The notes: a model not told the origin generated them from the letters alone. 64,000 bases of DNA from Callorhinchus milii (GCF_018977255.1 NW_024704742.1:8434001-8498000); one strand, 5' to 3'. Positions 35,570 to 48,650 are shown, counted from the first letter of the stretch. Numbers and translations: made by a program.

Positions 35570-37815
35570 CAAATGGAGGAGAGGTCACAGACTAAGATTG
35601 TAAATGTAAACAAAGTTAATTTTGAAGTCATGAAAGAAGTTAGTTAAATGGAATAAACTTCCAGTTGATAAAAATACAGATGAGTAATGGGAAATATTTA
35701 AAGATGTAACTAACCAGATGTAAACCAAAGGTGGAGCTTTGAGTGCCAAACAACCTGGGTGAACAAAATAGTAAAGGAAAGCATCAGACAAAAATAGAGG
35801 GTGTAATAACAGCAAAAGAAAATAGGAAGGCAGAGAGTTGGTGCATTAAAGGGAGCAACAAAGTGACACCCTCTTGACATGAAAGGCGCTGCACAAATAT
35901 AATTTATTGTTATACAAATGTAATTTGTTGTTCTGGTTGACAACTAGTGAATATAAGAAGAGCAAAACAGAAATATGAAAAGAACTTGCAGATAATATTG
36001 AAGGTAGCAGTAAAAGGTTTTACAGATATATAAAGAGAAAGAGAGTCATAAAGGAAGAGGTTGGGCCCACCAAAAACAGATGAAGGGAAAACTATAATGG
36101 ATGGTAAGGAAATGGCAGAACTGTTAAATCAATATTTTGCATCACTGTCGAGAAGGAGAATAAAATGCAGGTGGTAAAGGGAAGCCTAAAAGTTATTGAA
36201 AGCAAGGAATTTACAGGATTTCATGTAAGCAGAAAAAAGGTTATGGATAAACCATGGGAACTTAAGATCGATATATCTCCAATTCCATCCTATGGTACTG
36301 AGAGTTAAACAGTCGATCCTGGAGGAGGCAAAGTAGATTTGTGTGTTATCCGCATAGAACATAAATATATATGTACAAAGATACATAGGTATAGGCATAG
36401 AATCATAGAATTACACATGCAAAGCTGTTTTGCTTAAGGTGTACACATATTGTTTATGGCATGTTAAATGGTTTGTGAGAGGCATCACTGAAATTTACAT
36501 TCCATATTGGATCCTTTGGTTGCAAGCATAGCTTGAAAGGGTACAGCTAGTAAGGGATAAAGTAAAGATTACTTGGACAGGCATAAGGTAAATAAGGAAA
36601 GCCAGCATGGATTTATAAAGAGCAGGTTCAGCTTGACATACCTGATGGAATCTTTTGAAGAGGTCACCAAAGTGATGGATACCATCCGGTCAATGAACAT
36701 TGTTTATATTGATTTTCAGAAGGCATTTAATATGTGATGGCTAAAATTAAGGCACATGGGATTGGAGACAACCAGATGGTATGCATGGGAAGTTATTTTT
36801 GAGACAAAGACAGAGAGTTGGGATAAAGGGGATAATTTATATAGAAGAATTAAGGGGGATCTTATTGAAACTTATAAGATTCTTAAAGGGCTGATAAAGT
36901 AGACACAGAGGGACTGTTTCCCCTGGTAGGAGAATCTATAACCAGGGGTCACAGTCTTAAAATTAAGGGTCAGCCTCTTAGAACAGAGTTGAGGAAACAT
37001 TTCTTCACTCAGAGGGTAGTGAACTTATGGAATTCACTACCCCAGAAGGCTGTAGATGCTCAGTCCTTGAACATTTTCAAGGCTGAGACTGATAGATTCT
37101 TGAAAAATAGAGGGATTAGGGGATATGGGGATAGGGCAGATAATCAGAGTTAGGTGAGAAGATCAGCCATGATCTTATTGAATGGCGGAGCAGGCACGAA
37201 GGGCCGAATGGCCTACTCCTGCTCCTAATTCTTATGTTCTTATGTTCTTAATTTCTTAATTTCTGACTGGTGAGCAAAAACGAGATTCCTCTGGAATCTG
37301 CATTGCAGCCCCAACTGTTCACTACACTATGTATTAATGACAATGATCAAGATGCAGAAGAGATTCTCTTTGTTTGCAGATGCTGGGAGATGTAGTATGT
37401 TGTGAGGAATGGCAGCAACAAAATGCAGAATGAGGTTAGCAGAATAAGAGAATGGGTAGAATTATGGTAGATGGACTTTAATGTGGCAAAGTGTGAGGTG
37501 GTTCATTTTGGACCTAAGAATGAGTAGTTGAACTACTCTCTTGATGGAGAAACACTTAGCGGGTTAATGAGTAGAGGGATCTTGATGTTCCAAATCACAA
37601 AGTTATAAAAAGTGGTGCAGAGCTGTACAAGGTAATCAAAAAGGCGAATGCAATGTTGGCATTTATCACAGGGAGGCTGGAATACAATAGTCAGGATGTG
37701 ATGTTCCAATTATACAAAATGGTAGTTAGACCTCGTTTGGAATATTTTGTGCTGTTTTGGGCACCAAACCCTAGGAAGGATATACTGGCCTTACAGAAAG
37801 TGCAGTGGAGATTTA
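35570..37815 (+). mobile_element. Old degenerate CR1 with a younger CR1 3' end (~36838-37250, (TTCTTATG)n tail) inserted
   Basis: CR1 ORF2 remnants (YIKRKR, SQHGF, YIDFQKAF, RPRLEYFVLFWAP) and an intact-looking 3' UTR gggccgaatggcctactcctgctcct. Confidence 0.8.
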
Positions 37816-38286
37816 CTATTTTGGGCGGGGGGTCAGTCGGGTGTCTAATGCATATGGAAACCCATGTGCTTAAAAGTATCCAAACCAAACTGAGAATTCC
37901 ATGTGTAGGATCACTTGCAAGACAATCAACCACACCAGAAATGGTTTCAATCAACTTATCTACTTTATTAACCAATAACAATGGTAAAATCTCAATCAAG
38001 TACAGTGAAATACAATAGAATTTTAAATTAAGATAGCTAATATTAGAGGTAACTAACTCAGAGATTGTGGTATTGATGGTTATCTTCTCTGGGGGAGTGG
38101 TGACTTGCTTTCGCCAGCTTTTTCAGGCTTCTCCACTGAAATTTGCTGAACTTCCATTTTTATACCCCATAGTTAACAGGAACCAGACGTTGTCTGACCT
38201 CAATAGAATTCAGTTCGATTGTCCAATTGTGTTCACAAACTGGATCAACCAATCACCTTTCCATTCGTAGGATACGTACATCACCA

Positions 38287-38579
38287 ATCCTTGCATCTTC
38301 CAGACATCTCAAAGCACTTCACAGAATATACTGTAAAATGAATTGACTGTATATTTGTGAACAAAATGCGGCAGCCAATTGCATACAGCAGTGTCCCACA
38401 GACAGTCGTTGATTGAAGTGACCAATTTATTATTGTTTTTTTTTCTTGAAGGATTATTATCAGGAGTGATAATAGGCTTGTGAGTAAGGAAACTTGCCCA
38501 AGGTTTCGCCCTGCTGGGAATCGAATCCAGGTCTCTCGCTTGCAAGGCGAGTACTCTAACCACTGAGCTACAGGACTCC
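38287..38579 (-). mobile_element. tRNA-Deu SINE
   Basis: Reverse complement of the head/core/tail consensus. Confidence 0.88.
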
Positions 38580-38830
38580 ACTGTCCTCGCCCTAAATTTG
38601 GTTTTGGTTCATGTTCTGATAACAAGTGGGGGTATGAAGTTGAAGCCAAATGATCATAATTCTACTTTGAAACCTAAGGTCATAAAATCCTTTCCTTATG
38701 AACACAGAATTGCATCTTATTTTTTTGGGATGGACTATTGGGCACCTACTCTCACGGAATGATAGAAAGCATTTGGTGCTAACAGCTTTTGTCCTCATTA
38801 GCACATTCCAAATAACAACAACAAATTGCA

Positions 38831-39042
38831 ATAATAATCCCTCCAAAACCCAAAACAATAATAAATTGGTCATTTTCAATCTACGACTGTTTGTGGGACA
38901 TTGCTGTGCGCAATTGGCTGCCGCGTTCGCCCACAAATATACAGTCAATTCACTTTACATTGTGTTCTGTGAAGCACTTTGGGACATCCTCCCGACGTGA
39001 AAAGCGCTATATCAAATGCAAGTATTATTATTATTATTATTA
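38831..39042 (+). mobile_element. 5'-truncated tRNA-Deu SINE flanked by a 51-bp direct repeat
   Basis: 38780-38830 and 39043-39093 are identical except for one base. Confidence 0.9.
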
Positions 39043-39851
39043 TAACAGCTTTTGTCCTCATTAGCGCATTCCAAATAACAACAACAAATTGCATTCATAT
39101 AGTACGTTTCATGTAGGAAGAACATCCCGAGGCACTGGACAATCAGAGAGGAGTGGAGGGCGAGGGGAGTGGAGAAGGGAAGATGGCTGAAGGAAGTTCT
39201 TCAGAAGGGCCTTGAAGGCTAGGGATGGGATGAGGCAGAGTGGCTCAGGAATAGAGTTCCAGAGGGACCCCTGATAATGGAGCAGGCAGGGCAGGGGATA
39301 TGGAGCAGGCCAGTGCCTGCAGAGCAGATGGAGTGAACAGGTTTGTGAAGTTTCAATAGGTCGTAGAGGTAGGGAGGAGCAAGACCTTGGAGGGATTTGA
39401 TCGTGAGGACAAGGAACTTAATACTTCTAATAATTATCCTTGCATTTCATATAGCACCTTATCACGTCATTGACATGTCTCAAAGCGCTTCACCGGATAA
39501 ACTGCCAAGTGAACTGACTATTGAATTCAATCCTATGGGGGTTGGGGAGCCAGTGAAGCAGGGTGAGGAAGGGGGTGATCGACTCATGAAGCAGGAAAAA
39601 CTATGATGGAGGCGGAAGGAAAGAAGGTGTGACTTGTGACTTTGACAAACACTGTCAAAGTACTCTTCAGCCGTGCCTTCAGCTCCCCTCTCGACTCTCT
39701 ACCCCCTCCTTGCTCCCTCCCTTCCCTCTCCTTTGACAAGCACTGTCTGTGTGCTGTGGGCAGGGCGCAAATCAGATCACAGGGGCTCAAATAGGGAATG
39801 GAATAATGTTTAAGATTTAATATGATTCTGACAGCTGTCCCACCCTCAATC

Positions 39852-40572
39852 TCAGGGCTGCCCCTCAGCAATGCACAGCCTTTTGCCTCCCGCTAATCGT
39901 GTCAGCATCCTGTGCTTCTTCTCCAGCTCCCGTAATAAAACCTCCCAGCGCTTAGCTTCCTCTCGGATCTTTTCTGCATCTTCCTTCTTCTTCTTTTCTG
40001 TTTTGAACCTAACCACATTTCTGACCAGTGAGGTGACATCTCCCAGCAGGGGGAAGGCTGACAAGGTGGTACTGGCAGCGACTTGAAGACCTACAGTGAT
40101 CAGCTTCTTGACCTTCTCTCTTGCCCTCCTGTGTTTCGTGTTTGGCTCAGTTTTGGAGCTTGGAGGGAAACACGCCAGTATTTTTGTGCGGGCTGAGTTA
40201 TATTTATTCACAATCGCATCAATTCGTTTTTTTGCTTTCATTTTTTTTAAGGATCTTTTGGCACCAGCTGTGAAGTTAGTGGCATTGCCAGCGATGCCCA
40301 GTCCAGTCCCCACGGCTGTGAGTGCCAACGATGCCCCCAGGGTGAAAGGAGCAGCGATTGCTCCTCCGACTGCAAGAAGCCCTCCCACCATTCTCACAGA
40401 AGACCCCGTGACTTTGGCAATGTTGCTGCTCTCTTGACATTTCTCAATGTCATTTGCGATGTCTCCCAGGTCCTGGATGCAATCTCTGATACATTTATTC
40501 TGGTCAGGAAACACCTGCAAAAAACTCTGTAGATCTTCGTCATGCTGTTCCTGCTCAGCTTCCTCCAGATCC
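39852..40572 (-). CDS. APOL: APOL-C terminal exon, divergent apolipoprotein L domain
   Basis: LGDIANDIEKCQESSNIAKVTGSSVRMVGGLLAVGGAIAAPFTLGASLALTAVGTGLGIAG. Open to TGA; phase-2 acceptor AG at 40574-40573; ATTAAA on minus at 39821-39816. Confidence 0.9.
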
Positions 40573-41233
40573 CTGCTCATAACAAAATCTAGAATTATTT
40601 TAAACATTGCATTTACAGGGGAGGGGAAGACATCTCAAAGCACTTCACAGGATTCACTGTAAAGTGGTGACTGTATATTTTTGTGGGTGAACACAGCAGA
40701 CAATTTCTGCACAGGAACGTCCCACAAACGGCTATCAAGTGCATTTCATTAGCGCTCTGAGTTACTACCCCGCGTGAAGGTGGTGTATAAATGTAAGTTG
40801 TTGTTGTTGAAGGTAATGACCAGTTGATCTGGAGGATTGTGGGCCAGGGCACTGGAGGAAACTCTCACTCTGTGCTTCTAGCACTCCTCACCAATCTCCC
40901 CAGCTCCATCATCCACAAGGTCCAGCTCATCCAAAACTCCACCACTGTATCCTCAGCCACTTTCCTTCCAATGTGAAAAGCAATATAAATGTAATTTGTT
41001 GTTAGGCATGCTGATGGGTTTCCACATGTGGCTGACCAAAATCAAATTCCCACCTTACACCTTCCTTTTCGACTGCACATATGCACAAAGTGGTCACCCA
41101 CCTTTCCCGTTTTCTCTTCCTCAGTGTCTAACTTTGCAATATGAAGTCCTCCAACACATTCCCCTATGTGACTGTGCCGTGTAGATACAAGTTGAGAAGA
41201 GAATCCATTCATTCCGTAGCAGCTCACACTTAC

Positions 41234-41261
41234 CTTTCTTCATCTGTACTGAGTTCCTTGT
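41234..41261 (-). CDS. APOL: APOL-C 28-nt micro-exon (DKELSTDEER)
   Basis: Minus strand tcattcctttaacAG|ACAAGG...GAAAG|GTAAGT. Length 3n+1; acceptor context tttaacAG|ACA shared with the APOL-A micro-exon. Confidence 0.7.
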
Positions 41262-41589
41262 CTGTTAAAGGAATGAGACAAGTCATGGTTATTAATGTTA
41301 AGCTGATTGAAGTGTTAACAATTCTGAATGGATTTGACGAGGTGGATAATGTTCAGTTCTTTCCACTTGTTGGTGAGTCCAGTAAAAAGATGGCATAAAT
41401 ATAATGGGTCAGTAACACATCTAACAGGGAGTTTAGGGGAACCTTTACACACAGAGAGTGGTCATGTTATCAAGCTCATTGTAGCATTATTAAAATATAA
41501 ATATAAATATAAACATAAATATAAATTGAAACATTATTTGTAGAGTTAGAGTTCTGGAAAAATCATAGGATTAAACAAATACAATTACT

Positions 41590-42695
41590 TTGAGGGCTTT
41601 AGCTATGGGGGGGCACTTTAGTTATTAGGGGGCTTTAGATATTAGGAGATCTTTAGATATAAGGGGGTCTTTAGCTATTGGGTGGCTACAGCTATTAGAG
41701 GTGGCTTTAGCTATTAGGGTGGGCTTTAGCTATTATAATGAAATAATAATAATCCTTGCATTTGATATATAGCGCTTTTTCACGTCTTCTACACGTCTCA
41801 AAACGCTTCACAGAATATATTGTAAAATGAATTGACTGTATATTTTGTGGGTGAAACGCGGCAGCCAATTGCGCACAGTAGTGTCACACAAACAGTCGTG
41901 GATTGAAGTGACCAAATTATCATTAATTTTTTTTCTTGAGGGATTATTATCAAGCGTGTGCAGTAAGGAAACTTGCCCAAGGTTACGCCCTGCCAGGAAT
42001 CAAACCAAGGTCACTCCACCCCCCATTAGGGGTTCTTTAGCTTTTAGGGGTCTTTAACTTTTTCTGGGACTTTAGCTTTTAGGGGGGCTTTAGTGATTGG
42101 GGGGGCTTTAGCTTTTTGGGGGGGCTTTAGCTTTTAGGAGGGGCATTAGCTATTGGGTGGACTTTAGCTATTGGGGGAGGCTTTAGCTATTAGATGGAGA
42201 TTTAGTTGTTGGGGTGGGCTTTGCTATTAGTGGGGCTTTAGCTATTGGGGGGGGCTTTAGCTATTGGGAGGCTTTAGCTATTGGGGTCTTTTAATATTGG
42301 AGGGCCTTTAGATATTAAGGTGGGCTTTAGCTATTGGGGTGGTTTAACTATTAGTAGGGTTTTAGCTTTTAGGGGGCTTTAGCTATTAAGTGGCGGCTTG
42401 AGTTATTAGGGGGCTTAGATATTAGGGGGGTTAGCTATTAGGTTGGATTTAGATATTAGGGGGGATTTAGTTATTAATGGGCTCTTTAGCTATTAATGGT
42501 GACTTTCCTATTAGGGGGCTTCATCTGTTAGGGAGGCTTTAGTTATTACAGGGGCTTTATCTGTGTGTATGTGTGGAGGTGGGGGGGCTTCAGCTAATAG
42601 GGGTTTTAGCTATTGGGGGGATTTAGCAATCAGGGTGGGCTTTAGTTATTAGGGGGAGATTTAGATATGAGGGGGGGGCTTTAGCTATTAGGACT
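41590..42695. repeat. G-rich minisatellite (~17-20-bp unit gctttagctatt(a)gggg), interrupted by a minus-strand SINE (~41743-42010)
   Basis: Dozens of degenerate ttagctatt+G-run units on both sides of the SINE. Confidence 0.92.
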
Positions 42696-43458
42696 TTGAG
42701 GAAGGGTGAGCTGACTGTGGGTGTGGCCACTGAGGGAGGGTGAGATGATTGTAGGTTTGGTGGAAGAGGTAAGTGTTCAATTGAGATTTAAAGACAGATA
42801 AAGAGGAATCAATGTGGAGGGATTGAGTCAGGGAGTCCAGAGGTTAGGGGTGTAGTGTCTGAAGGCAAGGCCACTGATGGTGGTGTGGAAGTGATGTGGA
42901 GGCCTGTGTTAGCTGAGTGTATGGGACAGGCAGAAGAGTGGGGTCAGAGCAGGTCAGAGAGATAGGGAGGTGCTGGAGTGTGAAGAGATTGTATGTGAGG
43001 GTGAGGAGTTATTCTAACTTTCACATTTTTCTGCTGATATCTTAATAATAATTCTTCCATTTGATACAACACCTTATAATGTTGTGAATGTCTAAGTTAC
43101 TAAAGGGCATCAATTTAACCTGGATAGCAAATGAGCATATGTGGATACTAGGATTAATTCATGCACAGAGTAGTTAGGATATTGAATGCCCTGCTGGGAA
43201 CAGTGGTTGAGACGGAATCGATATTGGATGAAGAGGGAAGTAGACAAATACCTTAAAAAGAATCAGCTACAAAGCGCAAGTAACTGGAACTGAAAGGACT
43301 GCACTTGAAAGAGCCGGCACAGACAACAACACATTACATTTGTTTTGCGGGAGGAGCTGGACATTGAAATGTTTGTTGCTGAGCTGGGGGCTGGATTCAA
43401 GAAGGGTGGAGGGTAAGTGAGGTGGAAGAGGGAAAATGATCAAAGGCACAAACGAAGA

Positions 43459-43781
43459 TAATAATCCTTGCATTTGATATAGCCCTGTAGCTCAGTGGTT
43501 AGAGCACTCGCTTTGCAAGTGAGAGACCTGAGTTCAATTCCAGGCAGGGCGAAACCTTGGGCAAGTTTCCTTACTCCACACGCCTAATAATAATCCCTCC
43601 AAAAAAAACAAAACAATAATAAATTGGTCATTTTCAATCTACGACTGTTTGTGGGACATTGCTGTGCGCAATTGGCTGCCGCGTTCGCCCACAAATATAC
43701 AGTCAATTCACTTTACAGTGTGTTCTGTGAAGCGCTTTGGGACGTCCTCCTGACGTGAAAAGCGCTATATCAAATGCAAGG

Positions 43782-43826
<45 letters not shown>

Positions 43827-44114
43827 GCGCTTTTCACGTCGGGAGGACGTCCCAAAGTGCTTTACAGAACACACTGTAAAGTGAATTGACTGCATATTTG
43901 TGGGCGAACGCGGCAGCCAATTGCGCACAGCAATGTCTCACAAACAGTCGTAGATTGAAAATGACCAATTTATTATTGTTTTTGGTTTTGGAGGGATTAT
44001 TATTAGGCTCTGTGTGGAGTAAGGAAACTTGCCCAAGGTTTCGCCCTCTGCCTGGAATTGAACTGAGGTCTCTCACTTGCAAAGCAAGTGCTCTAACCAC
44101 TGAGCTACAGGACT
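43459..44114. mobile_element. Nested SINE pair: plus-strand SINE (~43484-43822) inserted into the tail of a minus-strand SINE
   Basis: The minus SINE tail 43459-43483 resumes at ~43823. TATAGC occurs on both sides of the insert. Confidence 0.9.
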
Positions 44115-44119
44115 CGATG

Positions 44120-44585
44120 AATGTCTTGAGAGGGGCATTGAAGGAGATAAGGGAGGGAGCGAGGCAGAGAGATTCTGGGATGGAATTCCAGAAGGGTGGA
44201 GGCAGAGAGTCTCTGGGATGGAGTTCCAGGGTAGGCAGAAAGGCTGAAGGACGAAGATTTTGAACTTGGTTCTCTACATGATGGGGAACCAATGGAGCTG
44301 AGAGAGGATTGGGGGTGATCAGTTCATGGAGCTTAGTGCAGGAGAGGACACAAGGTGCAAAGTTCTGAATAATCTGCATCTTGTGGAGGGAAGAGTTGAG
44401 CAGTCCGGCAAGCAGGGAGTTAGCATAATCAGGCCTGAACATAGTGAAGGCATGGATGAGGATTTCAACAGCCAGAGCACAGAAGAAGTGGCAAAGGCAC
44501 ACATTTTGCAGAGCTGGGGGAAGATAGAACAGGTCGTGGATGGATGTGGGGTTTAAAAGATATTTGAAGTTCAAACAAGACACTA
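44120..44585 (-). mobile_element. L2 3' fragment
   Basis: EILIHAF...DYANSLLAGL...LHKMQIIQN. Confidence 0.8.
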
Positions 44586-44589
44586 AGCA

Positions 44590-45820
44590 TCACATCATAG
44601 AAGTCTACATCACAGAAGGAGGATATTCAGCCCATTGTGCCTGTGCCGGCTGTTTAATACAGCTATCCAACTCGTCCCTCTTCCCTGTTCTTTTCTCTAA
44701 GCCTTGCAATTTTTTTCTTTTCAAATTCCCTTTTGAAAGTTATTAATGAATCTGCTTCCACATCCTTTCATACATACATTTCAGATTTGCTTCATAAAGA
44801 AATTTTCCTCTTCTTCCCTCTGGTCCAATTATCTTAAATATGTGTCCTCTGGATACCGACTCACCTGCCAGTGAAAACAGTTTCTCCTTTATTTATTCTG
44901 TCAAAACCCCTCATAGTTTTGGACACCTCTATTAAATGTCCCCTAAAGTCTCTCTGCTCAAAGGAGAACAACCCCAACCTTTCTAGTATCTCCAATGAAG
45001 TCCCTCATCCCTGGCACCATTCTGGTAATTCTCCTTTGCACCCTCTTCAAGACCTTGGCATCCTTCCTAAAGTGCGGTGACCAGAATTGAACACTGTATT
45101 CTAGCTGAGGCCTAAACAGTGATTTATAAAGGATTAGCAGAACTTCCTTACTCTATGCCTCTATTTATGAAGCCAGGGATCCCATACGCTTTTTTTATTA
45201 GCTTGTCCTGCCATCTTCAAAGATCTGGGTATATGAATCCCCAGGTCTCTCTGTTCCTGTACCACCTTTGAAATTGTACCATTTAGTTTATATTGCCTCT
45301 CCTCATTCTTCCTCCTAAAATGCAACACTTCACTGCATTAAATTTCATCTGCCATGTGTCTGCCCATTTCACCAGCCTGTTTATATCTTCCTGCAGGCTG
45401 CTATTATTCTCCTCACTGTTCCCTATGTTTCCAAGTTTTGTGTCATTTGCGAACTTTAAAATTGTGCTCCCGATCCTCAAGTCCAGGACATTAATATATA
45501 TTAAAATGAGCAGTTGATCTAATACCAACCCCTGGGGTACACCACTGTATATTTCCCTCCAGTCCGAAAAACAACCATTCACCATTACCCTTTGCATTCT
45601 GTCTTCCAGCCAATTTTATATCCATGCTGTTCCCTTTAATGCCATGGGCTTCAATTTTGCGATTATGTGGTACTTTATCAAACGCCTTTTGAAAGTCCAT
45701 ATACACATCATCAACTGCACTACTTTCATCAACCCTCACTGTTTCATCGAAGAAATCAAATCAAGTTGGTCAGAGATGATTTACCTTTAAAAAATGTGTG
45801 TTGCCTGTCATTTATTAACT
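44590..45820 (-). mobile_element. CR1 RT to 3' end fragment
   Basis: VYMDFQKAFDKVPH, GVPQG, KFANDTKLG and WADTWQMKFN; CR1 3' UTR at the left end. Confidence 0.88.
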
Positions 45821-46236
45821 TGTCATGTTAATAAAGGTTTATTAGGTTTCTGTATTGGCTCGGTGAGGTGGAGACTCCATCCATGAAAACAGCCACAAGT
45901 TTGGTATGGAAGATTGTTGGCTAGGATACGTAGAGAAAATCCCTAAGTTCTTTTAAATTCATGACATGAGATCTTTAGCGTCCACCTAAACAGTTAGACA
46001 GGACCTCAGCTTAACGTCTCATCCAAAGGACATCTCCTCTGACAATGGAGTGCTGCACAGGAAATGCTACCCTTTCAGCACTGCCCATCACATCGCTGAA
46101 ACTGACCTCCTTGTTTTATAATATCACTTTTATCTTTGATCAGTTACAGGTTAAAGCTCAGGTTTATTCTCTCTCACTCTCACATATACCTCAGGGTCCA
46201 GACCAGACATAGTCTGTGGTCTCTGCTAACACTTAC

Positions 46237-46299
46237 CCTTCCGGCCATCCCACCACACCTTCAGAGTAAGCCCTTCACCAGGAACGGTGTCCAGCAAAT
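46237..46299 (-). CDS. APOL: APOL-C putative 63-nt symmetric exon (DLLDTVPGEGLTLKVWWDGRK)
   Basis: Minus strand tttacatgtAG|...GAAGG|GTAAGT, phase 1-1, open frame. Could be skipped without frameshift. Confidence 0.5.
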
Positions 46300-46564
46300 C
46301 TACATGTAAATAACACTGTTATTGTACTGAACACGTGACACAGTAATACCTCAATCTACAGTACATTAATAAATACACACAGCCATTTAAAACAATGCGT
46401 GTCATATACACACACATACATGCACGCACATACTGATTAAATGAATCCCATGTAATATACACACAACAAATGAAACGTGTAACACACACAACACACACAC
46501 ATATTAAATGAAATGCATGTCTCACACACACACACAGACGTACACACTAAATAAAACATGTCAC

Positions 46565-46673
46565 CTGGTTTCTGAAGCCATTTCTTGATTTCATGATAGA
46601 TGATGACCCCAGACAAGAGCCCAAGCCCAAGATGCAGATTGTTCCAAACTGTTACCAAGATTGAAAGAATCAT
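46565..46673 (-). CDS. APOL: APOL-C first coding exon (MILSILVTVWNNLHLGLGLLSGVIIYHEIKKWLQKP)
   Basis: Strong acceptor ttttttttctcAG at 46682-46681, AAAATG start, donor AAACCAG|GTGACA; 109 nt, phase 1. Total 109+63+28+721 = 921 nt. Confidence 0.65.
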
Positions 46674-46749
46674 TTTGAGGCTGAGAAAAAAAATCAGAAT
46701 TTAAAAGTTGGACCTAGAGACTGAAACCTTTTATCATATATCAACATTT

Positions 46750-48650
46750 CATGGAATTATACAGCACAGAAGAAGGCCATTCGGCTCATTGTGTCTGTGT
46801 CGGCTCTTTGAAAAGAGCTTCCAATTCCAATTCAATTCCACTTCCACGCCCTGCAAAATTGTCCTCCCCAAATACTTATCTACTTCTCTCTTAAAAGTTG
46901 TTATCGAATCGGCATCCATCAGCCTTTCAGGCAATGCATTCCAGATCCAAGCAACTCGTTGTGTGAAAAAATTTCTCCATCTCCAATCTGTTTCTTTTAA
47001 CAGCTATTTTAAATTGTTTCCCTCAGGTGACTGACCAACCACCAGTGGAAATAGTTTCTCCTTGTTCACCCTATTGAATACCCTCATAATTTTGAAAACT
47101 TCTATTAAATCTACTCTGCTCCAAGTAGAATAATCCCAGCTTCTCTCGCCTCTCCTGATAACTGAAGTCCCTCATTTCTGGTACCATTCTGGTAAATCTC
47201 CTTTACACCCTCTCCAATGCCTTGACATTCTTCCTAAAGTGTGGTGCCCAGAACTGAACACAGTCTCAAGCTGAGGCCTAACCAATGTTTTATAAAGGTT
47301 TTTTCCATATCTTCCTGACTTTTATACTCTATGCCTATATTTATAAAGCCTTGTATCCCATGTTTTTTAACAGCTTTATCTACCTGTCCTGCCACCTTCA
47401 AAGATTTACTTATATGAAAGCCCAGGTCTCTCTGTTTCTTCACCCCCTTTAAGATTGTACCATCAGCTTATATCGCCTCTCCTCATTCTTTCTCCCAAAA
47501 TGAATCACTTTCTCCACATTAAATTTAATCTGCTACATGTCTGTCCATTTTACCAGTCTGTCTATGTCCATTTGCAGTCTGCTACTATCCTCCTCACTGT
47601 TTACTACTTTTCCTAGCTTAGTGTCATCGTGGAGACCTGTAGCTCAGTGGTTAGAGCACTCGCTTTGCAAGCGAGAGACCTGAGTTCAATTCCAGGCAGG
47701 GCGAAACCTTGGGCAAGTTTCCTTACTCCACACAAAGCCTAATAATAATCCCTCCAAAAACCAAAAACAATAATAAATTGGTCATTTTCAATCTACGACT
47801 GTTTGTGGGACATTGCTGTGCGCAATTGGCTGCCGCGTTCGCCCATAAATATACAGTCAATTCACTTTACAGTGTGTTCTGTGAAGCGCTTTGGGACGTC
47901 CTCCCGACGTGAAAAGCGCTATATCAAATGCAAGGATTATTATTATTATTATTATTATTATTATCTGCAAACTTGAAAATTGTACTCCCTATACCCAAGT
48001 CCAGGTCATTTAAAAAGATCAAAAACAGCAGTGGTCCCAATACCGACCCCTGGGGGACACCACTGAACATCTCTCTCCAGTCAGAAAAAAACAAGCGTTC
48101 ACCACCACTCTCTGTTTTCTGTCTCCCAGACAGTTCTGTTTCCATGCTGCCACTGTGGGCTTCTATTTTGCTTACAAGCCTCTCATGTGGCACTTTATCA
48201 AAAACCTTTTGAAAATCCATATAAATTGCACTATCTTCATCCACCCTCTCCTGTTACCACATTTAAAACTGTGCCATTTATTGTGTATTGCATCTCCTCG
48301 TTCTTCCTCTCAATGCATCACCTCATACTTCTCAGCATTAAACTTCATCTGCCCTGCGTCTGCCCATTTCCCCAGTCTCTCTGTACTGCTGCAGTTTGCT
48401 ACCATCCTTATAACTGTTTACAACATTCCCAAGTTTTCTGCCATCTGTAAACATTAAAATTTTGCTTTCTATCCCCAATTCCAAATAAATTGACATATAT
48501 TAAAAATACTACCCACTGGGGACACCACTGTATATACTTCCCTCCAGTCAGAAAAGCAACCGTTGACCACTACTCCTGCTTTCTGTCCCCTCCGCCAGTA
48601 TACATACTATCAATTTTCCTTTAATACCATGGGCTTCTGTTTTACTTACA
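46750..48650 (-). mobile_element. CR1 fragments with a full plus-strand SINE (~47632-47961) inserted
   Basis: CR1 RT motifs ([26 protein letters not shown] split by the SINE) and 3' end; the SINE has head, core and (ATT)n tail. Confidence 0.88.

Noticed and set aside
37820..38280. Possible minus-strand solo LTR (TG start, TATAAAA)
   Set aside because: No clear CA end, PBS or TSD.
41590..42695. CRISPR-like array or true telomeric repeat
   Set aside because: Eukaryotic context, no unique spacers, and no tandem TTAGGG runs.
43484..43560. tRNA-like sequences (GTAGCTCAGTGGTTAGAGC...TTGCAA...GTTCAATTCC), many copies
   Set aside because: They are SINE heads: no complete acceptor stem, and they run into the Deu core and L2-type tail.
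43834..44583. 249-aa ORF and recurring MESCSSVVRAL / MGKFPYST / MTVYLWANAA ORFs
   Set aside because: Chance frames through SINE and L2 sequence.
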